From: Candidatus Oxydemutatoraceae bacterium
GTDB taxonomy: Bacteria > Pseudomonadota > Gammaproteobacteria > Poriferisulfidales > Oxydemutatoraceae
Direction of reading: 5' to 3'
NCBI GenBank assembly: GCA_965220085.1
Contig: CBDCOZ010000003.1
Coordinates: 256,001 to 320,000 of the forward strand
Length of the DNA stretch: 64,000 nt
Positions 1-10,427 of the stretch are shown here, in pieces (position 1 is the stretch's first letter; the number at the start of each line of letters is the position of its first letter). The notes beneath the pieces are model-generated. The model was not told where the DNA came from. It made no database searches and was given only the letters and a program-made list of their open reading frames with translations. The translations under genes were made by a program, and so were the position numbers.

Positions 1-162
1 ATCGGCAAAGTTTTTGATATGCGGCCAAACGACATCGCATACTTCGCGGATAACGACTTCCTCTTTGACTTTGAGGTCGCCTTTCCCCGCTACCGCAACG
101 CCTGAGACGCAGGCCAGCGCAAAAGCCGCCATCAATAGGGTCAAAAAATATTTTTTGTACAT
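1..162 (-). CDS. SRPBCC/MxaD-like periplasmic protein, 5' part (runs off the window)
   Basis: Manual translation MYKKYFLTLLMAAFALACVSGVAVAGKGDLKVKEEVVIREVCDVVWPHIKNFAD: signal peptide then SRPBCC-like start (V-W-x-x-I-x-N-F); GGAGGG RBS upstream; xox cluster context. Confidence 0.6.
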   Translation of the reverse strand, partial: MYKKYFLTLLMAAFALACVSGVAVAGKGDLKVKEEVVIREVCDVVWPHIKNFAD

Positions 163-214
163 GATAATTCCCTCCATGTAAGTTTGTTTAATTCGGCAAG
201 TTTACCATATTCCG

Positions 215-835
215 CTATGCGTCGCAGGTCATTCTGGAATAACCCGCAAGGCGGAAGTTGTGCGCGGGGGTTGCAATCCGCACACGGTTTGCCCGCAGCC
301 ACTGATATTGAATGCCATAGGCATGCATCTCACGGGTTTTCCAGGTTAAGCAGGAATTTTCCCTTTGCGGCAGTCCGGTCATGTGTTGGACATAATGGAC
401 GAGCTCGTGAACGAGGATACCGCGCGCGTATAAATCGTTCATGACATCCAGATCATCGGCAATATATATGACGTTGCCTTTGTTCGGAAACCAGCCAAAC
501 GCGTCGCACCCGCTGTCACATGCTTTCTTTGACAGTCTGGCGCGGGAAATGAAATGCACTTCGGGTTCCGGCAGGCCGGCAATGCTCGGGTAATTATCGG
601 TACCGCCAAATGCTCCGTAGGTCTGCCCGATGAACTCGAGCAACGAAGAGACGAGGGGTTGGCATCCCCTCAGGTGGCATGTTTCCGTCCGTTGCGCTTC
701 GATATGCGCGACAGCGGGTTCTGCGTGCTCTATATCGTGCGCATGCGCGGGAGCCCCGGCGATAACGGCGAAGCCGACCGCCAGCGCGAGCATAGAAGCG
801 GGCGAGCGTCTCATGGCGACTTTATGTCTTGGCAA
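215..835 (-). CDS. Exported protein with HExxH zincin-like motif (DUF6647-like)
   Basis: Signal peptide, ILVHELVHYVQ motif and later E; co-oriented with the xox cluster; alternative ATG at 814. Confidence 0.6.
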   Translation of the reverse strand: MPRHKVAMRRSPASMLALAVGFAVIAGAPAHAHDIEHAEPAVAHIEAQRTETCHLRGCQPLVSSLLEFIGQTYGAFGGTDNYPSIAGLPEPEVHFISRARLSKKACDSGCDAFGWFPNKGNVIYIADDLDVMNDLYARGILVHELVHYVQHMTGLPQRENSCLTWKTREMHAYGIQYQWLRANRVRIATPAHNFRLAGYSRMTCDA

Positions 836-1652
836 TCGGCAACCGGGTGCTGGTGTATGTCTTCTCCTGCGAATCCGTTATACGGGCGACGAGTTCGTCG
901 CCGATATTCTCCGGCTGGTAATAAAACTGAAAACTGGGGTTCTCGCTGAACGAGATATCGCCTTCCACCGAGAAAACAGTTTCTCCGTCGGAATTCGTGA
1001 CGACCGCCTGAGTGACAAAATGCGGGGGTATCGTCATGTTGGTTACGATGTCTCTTTGCAGGCCCGAGTTGTTGGGGTGCAGAACGGACAAATGTATTTT
1101 GCGCAGTCCGTTGTCCAGTCTTTCTTCGATGAGTTTCGATTTGCCGAGGTTCAGGGCGGCCATGGCGTTGTCCGATACGGGCGGCGCCGAGCAACCGCCG
1201 GATGACTTCACAAAAGCGGTGGTCATATGCAGGCTGCCGTCCTGAGTCTCGGAAATAACCCGCACATGGCTATATTGATCGACACGTATGCGCGTTTCAA
1301 TGTCGGATAGTCTGTTCGCGGGCGAAAGCGAGAATTTGCCGACAACAGGCGACGGGTTTTCATCTACGACGAGGTAGTGGTTCTTGATGTGCTTGCGGTC
1401 GGTTTGCGGCGATAGGCCGACAATCCGGATTGTCACATCGGCGCCGTTTGCGGCGCGCTTTGGAGCAATGATTTTGGCAACCGGATTGCTCTCGTCTATG
1501 TGTCTGTCCTGAAAGAGAAACTCTTTGATGGCATCCCATGAAGTTTCTCCGTCCGCCGCTTTTTCGGCGGCATGCAACGGCAGGCAACAAAGGGTTGCGA
1601 TTGCAAAAACTGCCAATGCAATAAATCGTTTGTATGTTAGTATCATGTTCAT
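822..1652 (-). CDS. Quinoprotein dehydrogenase-associated SoxYZ-like carrier
   Basis: VVDENPSP, RIRVDQYSHVR, KSSGGCSAP (SoxY GGC arm), HPNNSGLQ, ISFSENP; start placed at MNMIL after GAGAGG. Confidence 0.85.
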   Translation of the reverse strand: MNMILTYKRFIALAVFAIATLCCLPLHAAEKAADGETSWDAIKEFLFQDRHIDESNPVAKIIAPKRAANGADVTIRIVGLSPQTDRKHIKNHYLVVDENPSPVVGKFSLSPANRLSDIETRIRVDQYSHVRVISETQDGSLHMTTAFVKSSGGCSAPPVSDNAMAALNLGKSKLIEERLDNGLRKIHLSVLHPNNSGLQRDIVTNMTIPPHFVTQAVVTNSDGETVFSVEGDISFSENPSFQFYYQPENIGDELVARITDSQEKTYTSTRLPIAKT

Positions 1653-1794
1653 CCTCTCACCTGACTCGTCGGCGGATTTGTCATTTCCAAACGCTTGGGC
1701 GCAGGTTATCAAATAAAGGGTTTTTGAGTATAGCACAATACATAACTATATGTTTTTTCCTCACTTTTAACGCCGGCCAGGCCTTGCTGCGGGC

Positions 1795-2304
1795 CTAAAA
1801 ACAGCTGATTTCCGCTTCGGCTTGTGCGTTTTTGAGAACTCTTATCGCTTGCTTGACGACCTCGACCTCGCGGAATTGGGCAACCCGTTCGCCTTGCATT
1901 TGCCGCATCCGCACGGCGGTCTCGGCCGCGACATAGTCGTCGTACGTCATTCTCTTGGCGATTTCGTCAATCGCGCAGGAGCATTGCCTCAGCACATGTT
2001 CTGTCATGCCGTTTGTGCTCATGCAGACATATACATACTCGGCGCGCGCATAAGTCGGGAAATCATTGATTCTTTTCTCGTCGTGAGCGGCGGCAGATTG
2101 CCCGGCGTTCGCGTGCTGCTGCTCGTCGTGAGCAGTGGCAGATTGCCCGGCGTTCGCGTGTTGTTGTTCGTCGTGAGTGTGCCGATGCTCGCTGTCAGCG
2201 TGCTGGCGCTGGTCGTCTTGGCTACACGCGCTGGTTACTGCGAGAAGCACGCTGATTGCAGCGATAATCGCCACATGTGATTTAAGGTTTGTAATTTTCA
2301 TCAT
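1795..2304 (-). CDS. Conserved PQQ-cluster exported/lipoprotein with His/Gln-rich repeat linker
   Basis: Signal with TSAC lipobox; NDFPTYARAEYVYVCM...CSCAID domain; HDEQQHANAGQSA repeated. Confidence 0.65.
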   Translation of the reverse strand: MMKITNLKSHVAIIAAISVLLAVTSACSQDDQRQHADSEHRHTHDEQQHANAGQSATAHDEQQHANAGQSAAAHDEKRINDFPTYARAEYVYVCMSTNGMTEHVLRQCSCAIDEIAKRMTYDDYVAAETAVRMRQMQGERVAQFREVEVVKQAIRVLKNAQAEAEISCF

Positions 2305-2350
2305 GGTTCTCTCGGTGTTTTGTTCAATTCTGCCAATTTTGTGCAAATTC

Positions 2351-3070
2351 TCAGCGTGGCGGGCGGTAAGCGCCGGCGGGTTCGATATGGCTGAGCGTGA
2401 TTTCAGTGAGTTCCTTGGGCGCGCCCGGTTTGTCGCCGGGGGTTTCGGTCGTTATACGGTAAATTCCGCCGGGGACATCGGCTAAGACGAATTCGTAGCG
2501 CTTATTCCATAGGTTTTCATATCTGGGCTCGTCTTTCATGCCGAGCAGCGGCTGCATGCGTATAAATTCGGCCTCCAGCGATTTGCCGTTGAAGGAGATA
2601 TCGCCTGCTTTGACTTCGGCCTGAGTCAAGAACGCATCCCGCATAACCGACTGAACGTATTGACGGTGTATGCGGCCCATGTTCAGGGCGCGATTGTTTT
2701 GCAATTTCTCAATGTCCCATTGCAGAAAATATGCCAACAAAAAGTTGCCGCGACGTTTCCTGACCGGAGGAAATTCCTTTTTGTTTTTACCGCTGAGGAA
2801 CTGCGGCTCAATATCTTTGCCCTCGTGTCCGTCAACCGGGGTGACGGAGAGAACAATCCGGTCGGTCAGCTTTGTGGTCATTGAGCCGGTTTGCGCCACA
2901 TCGTAGTACAACTTGGCTTCCGATACGATATTTTTCAAATGCGGGGTGTCAAACAGCAGCGTCTGGGCTTCGCTGTAGGGGATTGACGGTTTTGTCGTAT
3001 CAGGCTCGGCGATGGCAAGGCATGCGTACGAGAGCAGGCACATTATGGTTGTGTAGTAAAACTTTTTCAT
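2351..3070 (-). CDS. Exported hypothetical protein of PQQ dehydrogenase clusters
   Basis: Signal peptide MKKFYY...; ATGA overlap with the upstream gene stop; LFDTPHL and VPGGIYRI segments. Confidence 0.6.
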   Translation of the reverse strand: MKKFYYTTIMCLLSYACLAIAEPDTTKPSIPYSEAQTLLFDTPHLKNIVSEAKLYYDVAQTGSMTTKLTDRIVLSVTPVDGHEGKDIEPQFLSGKNKKEFPPVRKRRGNFLLAYFLQWDIEKLQNNRALNMGRIHRQYVQSVMRDAFLTQAEVKAGDISFNGKSLEAEFIRMQPLLGMKDEPRYENLWNKRYEFVLADVPGGIYRITTETPGDKPGAPKELTEITLSHIEPAGAYRPPR

Positions 3071-3699
3071 TGGTCTTTCAAATCCTCTATCGGTATAAAA
3101 TCCGGCATTTTCACTGCGGCGGAACGCTCCAAAGGATACCCCATCACTTCCCATTCGTCAGTCCCTCCGGGAAACCAGAGTATATTACGAAAGCCTAATT
3201 CCAGAGCTCGCTTGGCGGCATTCCACGACATCCAGCAATCGGCCAAGCAATAAAAAAGCAATTCCACAGGCTTGTCTGACTCGCGCTCGCGTGTCAGCCG
3301 CCGCAAATTTTCAATAAAGTAAGTCCGAAACTCCGGCGCGATATCGCCGTAGCCGACATTCGGCAGCCAGACGCTGTCCGGAATGTTCTTGCGCGGCTGT
3401 GTTCTCCATAGCCGGGTGGGCGGGAAATCCGGCGGTTTGCGCCGCAACGGCAGCACATCGATCAGCACAATGTTTGCTCCGTCCGTTAATCTTTGGCGCA
3501 GTGTTTCCGCATCCACAGTCGTGGCTCCTTTCAGGGTTGCCGGCACCGGCGCCATGTAGTTATCGGTGCGATAGTCGCTCGGTTCGGGAACTTCTTGCGC
3601 GAGCGCCGGCATCGCGCAACAGAGCGCCGATGCTATGAGCGGCGGGCACAGGCTCCGACAGAGCGGAGCGATATTAAGATGGGTCAACGAGCGGAACAT
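3067..3699 (-). CDS. PQQ-dependent catabolism-associated CXXCW-motif rhodanese-like protein
   Basis: FYCLADCWMSWNAAKRALELG, YRTDNYMAPVPATLKGA, WFPGGTDEW. Confidence 0.88.
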   Translation of the reverse strand: MFRSLTHLNIAPLCRSLCPPLIASALCCAMPALAQEVPEPSDYRTDNYMAPVPATLKGATTVDAETLRQRLTDGANIVLIDVLPLRRKPPDFPPTRLWRTQPRKNIPDSVWLPNVGYGDIAPEFRTYFIENLRRLTRERESDKPVELLFYCLADCWMSWNAAKRALELGFRNILWFPGGTDEWEVMGYPLERSAAVKMPDFIPIEDLKDQ

Positions 3700-4486
3700 G
3701 ATAAGAGCGCAGAATATCATGTATCTTATCCTGATTTTTTCTTATCAGCTTATTTAACTGTCTGCGCCATTGCAGCTCATTGCGCCTAATCCCCATCGTG
3801 ATGGGGAATATCAGGCGATGTTTTTGCGAGTTATCGGCGGTCAACGGAGCAAGCTTCAGGGCATCGTTTCGCCGCACCATGTATCCTGCGATAGGCCCCC
3901 AAACGACTGCGACGTCAATCTTCTTGTCGATCAGATCGCGCTCAATTTCTTCGGCTCGGCTGTTGCGCATATCTGCGCGCCGCAATTGATAAGGCGTCAT
4001 TTGTTCTATCAGTCCGTTGGCAAGAATAATATCAACCGGCGGGGCGCCGGCGGTTACGCCGATGCGCAGCTTGCGTTCCTTGAGCACGTTGTCGGATAAG
4101 GATTTCACATCAAAATCCGAATCAGCGCGTTGCACCGCCGCAAAGACCGATGCGTAGTAGGGGTTGCTGTTTTGAACCAGTTCGTGCGCCGCCGAGATAC
4201 CGATAATCAAATCGCAACGTCTGGTTTTCAAAGTCGAGCGCACAAAACCAAGGCTTTGAGGGAACCAAGTGTATCTGAGCGAGGTGCCTAATTCGGCCGC
4301 CAGCAACTCGGCAATTTTGTTCTCAAAGCCTTGCTCCTGCCGGTTGGAGAAAGGCAAATTAGACGGGTCCGCGCACACGCGCAGGGACGAGCGCCGCTCG
4401 ACCTCAGTGCCTGTTTCGGCGGCTGTGACAGCATGACTCGCTGCCAATACCAGCAACGCGACCGCAATAGCGAAGCCGTAGCGCAT
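3674..4486 (-). CDS. xoxJ: XoxJ/MxaJ-family periplasmic binding protein
   Basis: LRVCADPSNLPFSN...GFENKIAE, VWGPIAGY; follows xoxF-xoxG. Confidence 0.85.
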   Translation of the reverse strand: MRYGFAIAVALLVLAASHAVTAAETGTEVERRSSLRVCADPSNLPFSNRQEQGFENKIAELLAAELGTSLRYTWFPQSLGFVRSTLKTRRCDLIIGISAAHELVQNSNPYYASVFAAVQRADSDFDVKSLSDNVLKERKLRIGVTAGAPPVDIILANGLIEQMTPYQLRRADMRNSRAEEIERDLIDKKIDVAVVWGPIAGYMVRRNDALKLAPLTADNSQKHRLIFPITMGIRRNELQWRRQLNKLIRKNQDKIHDILRSYHVPLVDPS

Positions 4487-4524
4487 AGTATTCCGCGTAA
4501 TTTTTGCGTCCGGATGCATGGATA

Positions 4525-4980
4525 TTAACGACCCATGCAAGCTTTGTCGCGCTCTTTCGCTTCGTCGGGTTTGCCGCCGTGTTTGGGCCGTTCTCTGCCG
4601 ATGACGCCATCGGCGCGCGCTGCCAGATAAGCATATATGTCATCAACAAAGCACATAACGTTCAAGTTGTCGGCAAAAGACGGCATGACCTGCGCGCCTG
4701 CTTCGCGACCGTTCACCACGATGTTGAAGTAGCCTTCGTAGCCCAAGCGCTTGATGGATTCCACCAGCTTCGGGCCGAATGAACTGCCCAAGCCGGCCGG
4801 CCCGTGACAAACGTGACATTCGGCATGATAACGGCGATAGCCGCTGAATGTGTACCAATCGACCGTGCCTTTTTCTTTGTCAAATGTGTAGGGTTTGTCA
4901 GCCGCCATAGCGGTCATCGGGACGGTTGCCAGCGCACAGATCAATACAAGCAACCCGGAAATAAAACATGTCGTTTTCAT
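4525..4980 (-). CDS. xoxG: c-type cytochrome partner of XoxF
   Basis: CHVCH heme motif, VDWYTFSGYRRYH, MPSF, signal peptide; AGGAGA RBS before ATG 4980. Confidence 0.85.
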   Translation of the reverse strand: MKTTCFISGLLVLICALATVPMTAMAADKPYTFDKEKGTVDWYTFSGYRRYHAECHVCHGPAGLGSSFGPKLVESIKRLGYEGYFNIVVNGREAGAQVMPSFADNLNVMCFVDDIYAYLAARADGVIGRERPKHGGKPDEAKERDKACMGR

Positions 4981-5030
4981 TTTGTATCTCCTCTTGTGTT
5001 TCTTTTGAGCGGAGAGAATGTTTGCCTGAT

Positions 5031-5066
5031 AAAAAAGCGCCCGTGCCAAATTGGCACGGGCACTTT
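5031..5066 (-). terminator. Rho-independent terminator/attenuator between xoxF and xoxG
   Basis: GCCCGTGCCAA-T-TTGGCACGGGC stem followed by a T6 run on the minus strand. Confidence 0.75.
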
Positions 5067-5092
5067 AGCAAACACTGCCGAGTGTATCTCTC

Positions 5093-6907
5093 TTAGAGTG
5101 AGAATACAGTCAGCACTCCGCCGAGACGGGTGTAGTTCTCAAGGTGTCTGTAGCCGCCGACAGCGCCGAGACCATCCGTATCGTTGGTCAGGCCGGCTGC
5201 CATGCCGATTCCGGCCCAGCCGCCGACGCCCGAAAGAATGGCGACGTACTGCTTGCCGTCATGCATATAGGTGGTAAAGTTACCGATAATGCCGGACGGG
5301 GTTTTGAACTTAAACAGCTCTTTGCCATTGTCGGCGCGAACCGCTTTCGCATAACCTTCCAGCGTGCCGTAGAAGACAACGTCACCGGCTGTCGCCAGCG
5401 CGCCGCTCCAGACCGAGAAACGCTCGGGGTTAGACCATACGATCTTGCCCTTTGCGGCGTCCCACGCGATGAAGTTGCCCATGTGGTCGCCGCCCGGCGC
5501 CGGGAACATCTTCAGTGTCGCGCCAACATAAGGTTGCCCTTCTGTGTAGCTCACTTCAAACGGCTCATAGTCCATGCAGACATGGTTGGTCGGGACATAG
5601 AACAAACTCGTCTTAGGCGAGAATGCCGCCGGCTGCTGGTCTTTTGTGCCCAGAGCAGCGGGGCAGATGCCCGTAGTATTGACATCAGCGCCTTGATGAT
5701 GAGTGCTGTACTTGTCAAGCACCATCGGACGACCGGTCTTCATGTCAACATGGGAAGCCCAGTTGACGGCCGGGTCATACTTCTCCGCAACCAACAGTTC
5801 GCCTGTCACGCGATCCAGCGTGTAGCCGAATCCGTTGCGGTCAAAGTGCACCAGAGTCTTTCTCATTCTGCCATTGACTTCGATGTCAGCCAGAATCATT
5901 TCATTGATTCCGTCATAGTCCCACTCGTCATGCGGGGTCATTTGATAAACCCACTTGGCCATGCCGGTATCGGCATCGCGCGCAAAGATAGTCATCGACC
6001 ATCTGTTGTCGCCGGGACGCTGCACCGGGTTCCACGTGCTCGGGTTGCCCGTGCCGTAGTAGACCAAGTTCAATTCCGGATCAAATGAGTACCAGCCCCA
6101 AGTCGTGCCCCCGCCAATTTTCCATTGGTCGCCTTCCCAAGTGCTCGTGCCGGAGTCTTTGCCGACAGCCTTGCCAAGGTGTGTGGTGTTGGTCGGGTGC
6201 ATCAAAGTCAGACTATCGGGACCTGTGGAGTAACCGCGCCAAACGCGCTTACCGGTCTTCATGTCGTATGCGGTCAGATGACCTTGAACGCCAAACTCAC
6301 CGCCGCTTATGCCGACATAGACTTTGTCGTTGTAGACCATGGGGGCGGAAGTGCCCGTAGCGCCCAGATGCTTGTCGTCATCACGGACGTCACGGTTGTT
6401 GGCTTTCCACATCATCTTGCCGGTCTTGGCATCCAGCGCAACCAGTTGGGCGTCGGCCTGATAGACAAAAATCATGCCGTCACCATAGGCTACGCCGCGG
6501 TTGACCTGGTCGCAACACATAACCGGAAGCACTTGCTTTTGATCCGGCATGTGGCTTTGCCAATGCCATATGATGCTTTGATCATCGAGATTGAGTGCGT
6601 AGACATTGATCTCCGGATAAATCGATGAGTGAATATACATCGTGTCTCCAATGATCAGAGGCCCGCCTTCGTGTCCGCGCAAACCGCCAGTGGAAAATTG
6701 CCAGGCGACTTTCAGGTTACCGACATTCCCGCTGTTGATTTGATCCAGAGCCGAGTAGCGATGGTTGAAGTAGTTGCCGGTAGGCATAACCCATTCGTTG
6801 GCATTCTTCTCCATCTTCATCAGCATGGAATTAGCTTGGGCAACGCCGGCGATTCCGAGCATCAGCAAGGAAGCAACCACAGTCGCCATTAAAATTTTAC
6901 TCTTCAT
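5093..6907 (-). CDS. xoxF: Lanthanide-dependent PQQ methanol dehydrogenase XoxF
   Basis: Vicinal CC ([10 protein letters not shown]), [20 protein letters not shown] carrying the extra Asp (D-x-D) diagnostic of Ln-dependent enzymes (MxaF has DYAG). Confidence 0.95.
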   Translation of the reverse strand: MKSKILMATVVASLLMLGIAGVAQANSMLMKMEKNANEWVMPTGNYFNHRYSALDQINSGNVGNLKVAWQFSTGGLRGHEGGPLIIGDTMYIHSSIYPEINVYALNLDDQSIIWHWQSHMPDQKQVLPVMCCDQVNRGVAYGDGMIFVYQADAQLVALDAKTGKMMWKANNRDVRDDDKHLGATGTSAPMVYNDKVYVGISGGEFGVQGHLTAYDMKTGKRVWRGYSTGPDSLTLMHPTNTTHLGKAVGKDSGTSTWEGDQWKIGGGTTWGWYSFDPELNLVYYGTGNPSTWNPVQRPGDNRWSMTIFARDADTGMAKWVYQMTPHDEWDYDGINEMILADIEVNGRMRKTLVHFDRNGFGYTLDRVTGELLVAEKYDPAVNWASHVDMKTGRPMVLDKYSTHHQGADVNTTGICPAALGTKDQQPAAFSPKTSLFYVPTNHVCMDYEPFEVSYTEGQPYVGATLKMFPAPGGDHMGNFIAWDAAKGKIVWSNPERFSVWSGALATAGDVVFYGTLEGYAKAVRADNGKELFKFKTPSGIIGNFTTYMHDGKQYVAILSGVGGWAGIGMAAGLTNDTDGLGAVGGYRHLENYTRLGGVLTVFSL

Positions 6908-7049
6908 AATTTACCTCCATTATTAAAGAGAGAAAACGGGAGAAGACTCCCGCAAATCAGTAGTTATTATTTTCGTATCTTTTACCACAGAATCAGGAGC
7001 GAGTCAAAAGTTATTAGGCCTTTGTCACGCCCTCATCGGCCTTCTCAGA

Positions 7050-7103
7050 CAGCGGGTCGGGTAGCGGGTCGGCCAGCGAGTCAGTCAGCGGGTCAGTCAG
7101 TGG
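7050..7103. repeat. Degenerate 12-bp tandem repeat upstream of xoxF
   Basis: cagcgggtcggg tagcgggtcggc cagcgagtcagt cagcgggtcagt cagtgg. Confidence 0.6.
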
Positions 7104-7365
7104 AAAAATAGGGCGGCGGTTCGGCTTTTTTCGGGTTTATCATATGCTTGAATCAAGCCTGTGGAATTCTCCGTAGTGGTTGGCGTTTGAGGCGGCACTA
7201 TATATTGTGGTCTGCCCGATGGCCGCCTACTTGGTTTGGTACCGGCGGAGGCTGTGAATGGGGGTTTTGTGTTGCGATTGCTGCGATTGCGGGGTTCTGC
7301 CGTTGTGCGGGCGGTGGCCTACTCATTATATATGGGGGCGAACGCTATAACTTATAATTCTTGAG

Positions 7366-8643
7366 ATGGCAGACGAACGGCAGAAATTTTGGGATAAGCG
7401 GTACTGGGCAATTGTCTTGGTAGTAGCTAGTGCATTGATAATAGGGCTTTGGTTTGTGCCCTGGTGGTTGGAGGGCACTGAAGCAAAATGGCACGGTATC
7501 CAAACTATCGGTTCTATCCTTACAGCGGCAATAGTGATTTGGGGAATTTTGGTTGCTAATCGTAGAGCCAAGGCAATGGAAGACAGCGCAAACGCTGCTC
7601 ATGCTGCCAATGAACAAAAGGTATATACCGAAGCAGTAGCCAGCCTCGGAAATGAGGACTCCGCTTCCGCGCGGCTGGGGGGAATCTATGGCCTCTATGA
7701 CTTGGCACAATCAAAACCGGAACGCCACAAAAGCATTGCCGAGATACTGTGTGCCCACCTGCGCGAAACCACACAGGCAGAAGATTACAAAAGAGATCAT
7801 CCCAGAGAGCCTTCTAACGAGGTTGCCTCCCTTTTGGGTGTGCTTTGCAAGTTGAACAACCCAGATGTTACACTCAACTTCCAAAATGTGTATCTACAAG
7901 GGGCAAGCTTCGAGGGTGCACAGCTACAAGGTGCACGCCTCAGGGGTGCACAGTTGCAAGGAGCAAACCTCAGCAAGGCGTACTTGCAAGGAGCAAACCT
8001 CACCAATACACAGCTACAAGAGGCAGACCTCACTAGTGCACACCTGCAAGAGGCAGACTTCATCAATACACAGCTACAAGGGGCAAATCTCGGGGATGCA
8101 CAATTGCAAGGGACAGACCTCTATAGCGCATACCTGCAAGGGGCAAGCCTCAGGGGTGCACAGTTGCAAGGGGCAGCTCTCTGGGGTGCACAGTTGCAAG
8201 GAGCAAACCTCACCAATACACAGCTACAAGGGGCAAGCCTCGAGGGTGCACAGCTACAAGGGGCAAGCCTCGGGGATGCACAGTTGCAAGGAGCATACCT
8301 TATCAACACACAGCTGCAAGGGGCTATAGCAGAAGAAGGCTACGGTTTTGGATTGCTCATAAGTAGGCGAACAGGTAAGAGTACTGACTTAAAAACTGCA
8401 ATTTTCAGCGGTGGCTTAACCGATGCAAAAATAGAGGAAATACGAAAAGGGTTGGCCGGAGTTAAAGGTGGTACTTATGCAAATCAGCTCTGCGCCCGTT
8501 TGACAGAAGATCACATGGGGCCTGCCGATTACAGCCCGCCTGATAACATCACTACAGGCGTTTTGACCGAAGAGATGGCGGATGAAATCCTCCGCGATTA
8601 CAACGCCATGAAGAACTCCGGTGCCAACACAAATAATGCTTGA
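7366..8643 (+). CDS. Membrane-anchored pentapeptide-repeat protein
   Basis: Two N-terminal TM segments, ARLGGIYGL/EILCAHLRE domain, AQLQG-AxLxx repeats, C-terminal FSGGLT domain. Confidence 0.9.
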   Translation: MADERQKFWDKRYWAIVLVVASALIIGLWFVPWWLEGTEAKWHGIQTIGSILTAAIVIWGILVANRRAKAMEDSANAAHAANEQKVYTEAVASLGNEDSASARLGGIYGLYDLAQSKPERHKSIAEILCAHLRETTQAEDYKRDHPREPSNEVASLLGVLCKLNNPDVTLNFQNVYLQGASFEGAQLQGARLRGAQLQGANLSKAYLQGANLTNTQLQEADLTSAHLQEADFINTQLQGANLGDAQLQGTDLYSAYLQGASLRGAQLQGAALWGAQLQGANLTNTQLQGASLEGAQLQGASLGDAQLQGAYLINTQLQGAIAEEGYGFGLLISRRTGKSTDLKTAIFSGGLTDAKIEEIRKGLAGVKGGTYANQLCARLTEDHMGPADYSPPDNITTGVLTEEMADEILRDYNAMKNSGANTNNA

Positions 8644-10427
8644 GCACTCTAACCCACACCGCCACACCTGAAAGATGCCGAAACTGACTTTGCCACAACT
8701 TGAATCCTTCCTGTGGGAGGCTGCCAACATCCTCCGGGGCAGTATGGATGCGTCCGAGTTTAAGGACTACATCTTCGGCATGTTGTTCTTAAAACGCTTG
8801 TCCGACTCCTTTGAGGAAGCGCAAGAGCAGGTCGCGCAGACCTATCGGAAGAAGCGCAAGTCGACAGCGGATGTGGCGCGGCGAGTAGCGGATGAAGATG
8901 AATACGATACTTTTTTTGTTCCTGAGCAGGCAAGGTGGTCAAACCTGAAAGACCAGAAACATGACATCGGGGCGGGACTGAACAAAGCAACCGAAGCCAT
9001 TGAGGAATACAACCCTCCGTTGGAAGGTGTGTTGATATCTATTGATTTCAACATCAAAGACAAGCTGTCGGACAAGAAACTCCGGGACCTGTTATCGCAT
9101 TTCTCCAAGCATCGTTTGCGCAATGAAGACTTTGAGAGTCCCGACCTGTTGGGCAGCGCATACGAATATCTCATCAAGAAGTTTGCCGATTCCGCAGGCA
9201 AGAAAGGCGGCGAATTCTATACCCCCAGCGAAGTGGTACGGCTGTTAGTGTCTCTCTTAAAACCCACTTCGGGCATGCGGATATACGACCCTACAGCCGG
9301 GTCGGGCGGTATGTTGATAGAAACCCGCAACTACCTCGCTGACCACGGCGAGAATCCTCAGAACCTATCCCTGTATGGTCAGGAAAGGAACCTGAGTACT
9401 TGGGCTATCTGCAAGATGAACATGTTCCTGCACGGCGTGTTGAATGCGAGCATCAAAAAGGGCGACACTCTGGGCGACCCGCAACACACCCAAGGTGGTG
9501 AACTGATGGTATTTGACCGGGTGATTGCAAACCCGCCTTTCTCACTCAAGAAATGGGGCAAGGAAGCGGCAGACAATGACCGCTATGGTCGCTACCCCTA
9601 CGGCACACCGCCTAAGGATGCGGGCGACTTCGCCTTCATTCAGCACATGATTGCGTCCCTCAGCGCAGAGGGCAAGATGGGCGTGGTCGTGCCGCATGGC
9701 GTATTGTTTCGCGGTGCAAGTGAGAAGAAAATTCGCCAAGGGATACTGGATGATGATTTGCTAGAGGCGGTGATTGGTCTGCCACCTGCATTGTTTTACG
9801 GCACAGGCATCCCTGCGGCACTGCTTATCATCAATAAGAACAAGTCTTGGGAGCGCAAAGGCAAAGTGCTGTTCATCAACGGCGAACTGGAATATGCCAA
9901 GGGCAAGAACCAGAACAAACTGCGCGACAGCGATATCAAGCACATCTTAAAGACCTATGACACATACACAGACGAGAAGCGTTATTCTAAAGTGGTCACT
10001 ATGGAAGAGATACGGGAGAACGATTACAACCTCAACATCCGCAGATATGCCGACACTTCGCCACCTCCCGAACCTTATGATACGAAGGCGATTCTGCACG
10101 GTGGCATTCCCGTCTCCGAGGTTGAGGATGAATACATTCAGGAGACCTTGCAAGGCATGGATGTTTCATGCGTGTTTGCAAAGCAAAGCGCGAAGTATTA
10201 CAAGTTCAAAGCCGCTATCAAAACCAAAGAACACATCCGTGACCATATGAAAGGTGCAGACCCGGCTGTCGTAGCGCAGTTTGAGAGATGGTGGGACAAA
10301 TACAAAGGGAATTATGTATTTAACTTGACAGAGGCAGATTATGTCAGGCAGGAAACTTGACAAAGATACCAGTACGCTATATACCTATATCTTAATTCGT
10401 TGTTAAACCACTTTGGGGATTAGGACT

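Noticed and set aside
5144-6088. Long antisense ORFs over xoxF (also over bioB, hsdR and pentapeptide genes)
   Set aside because: Typical codon-bias shadows with no recognisable motifs or RBS
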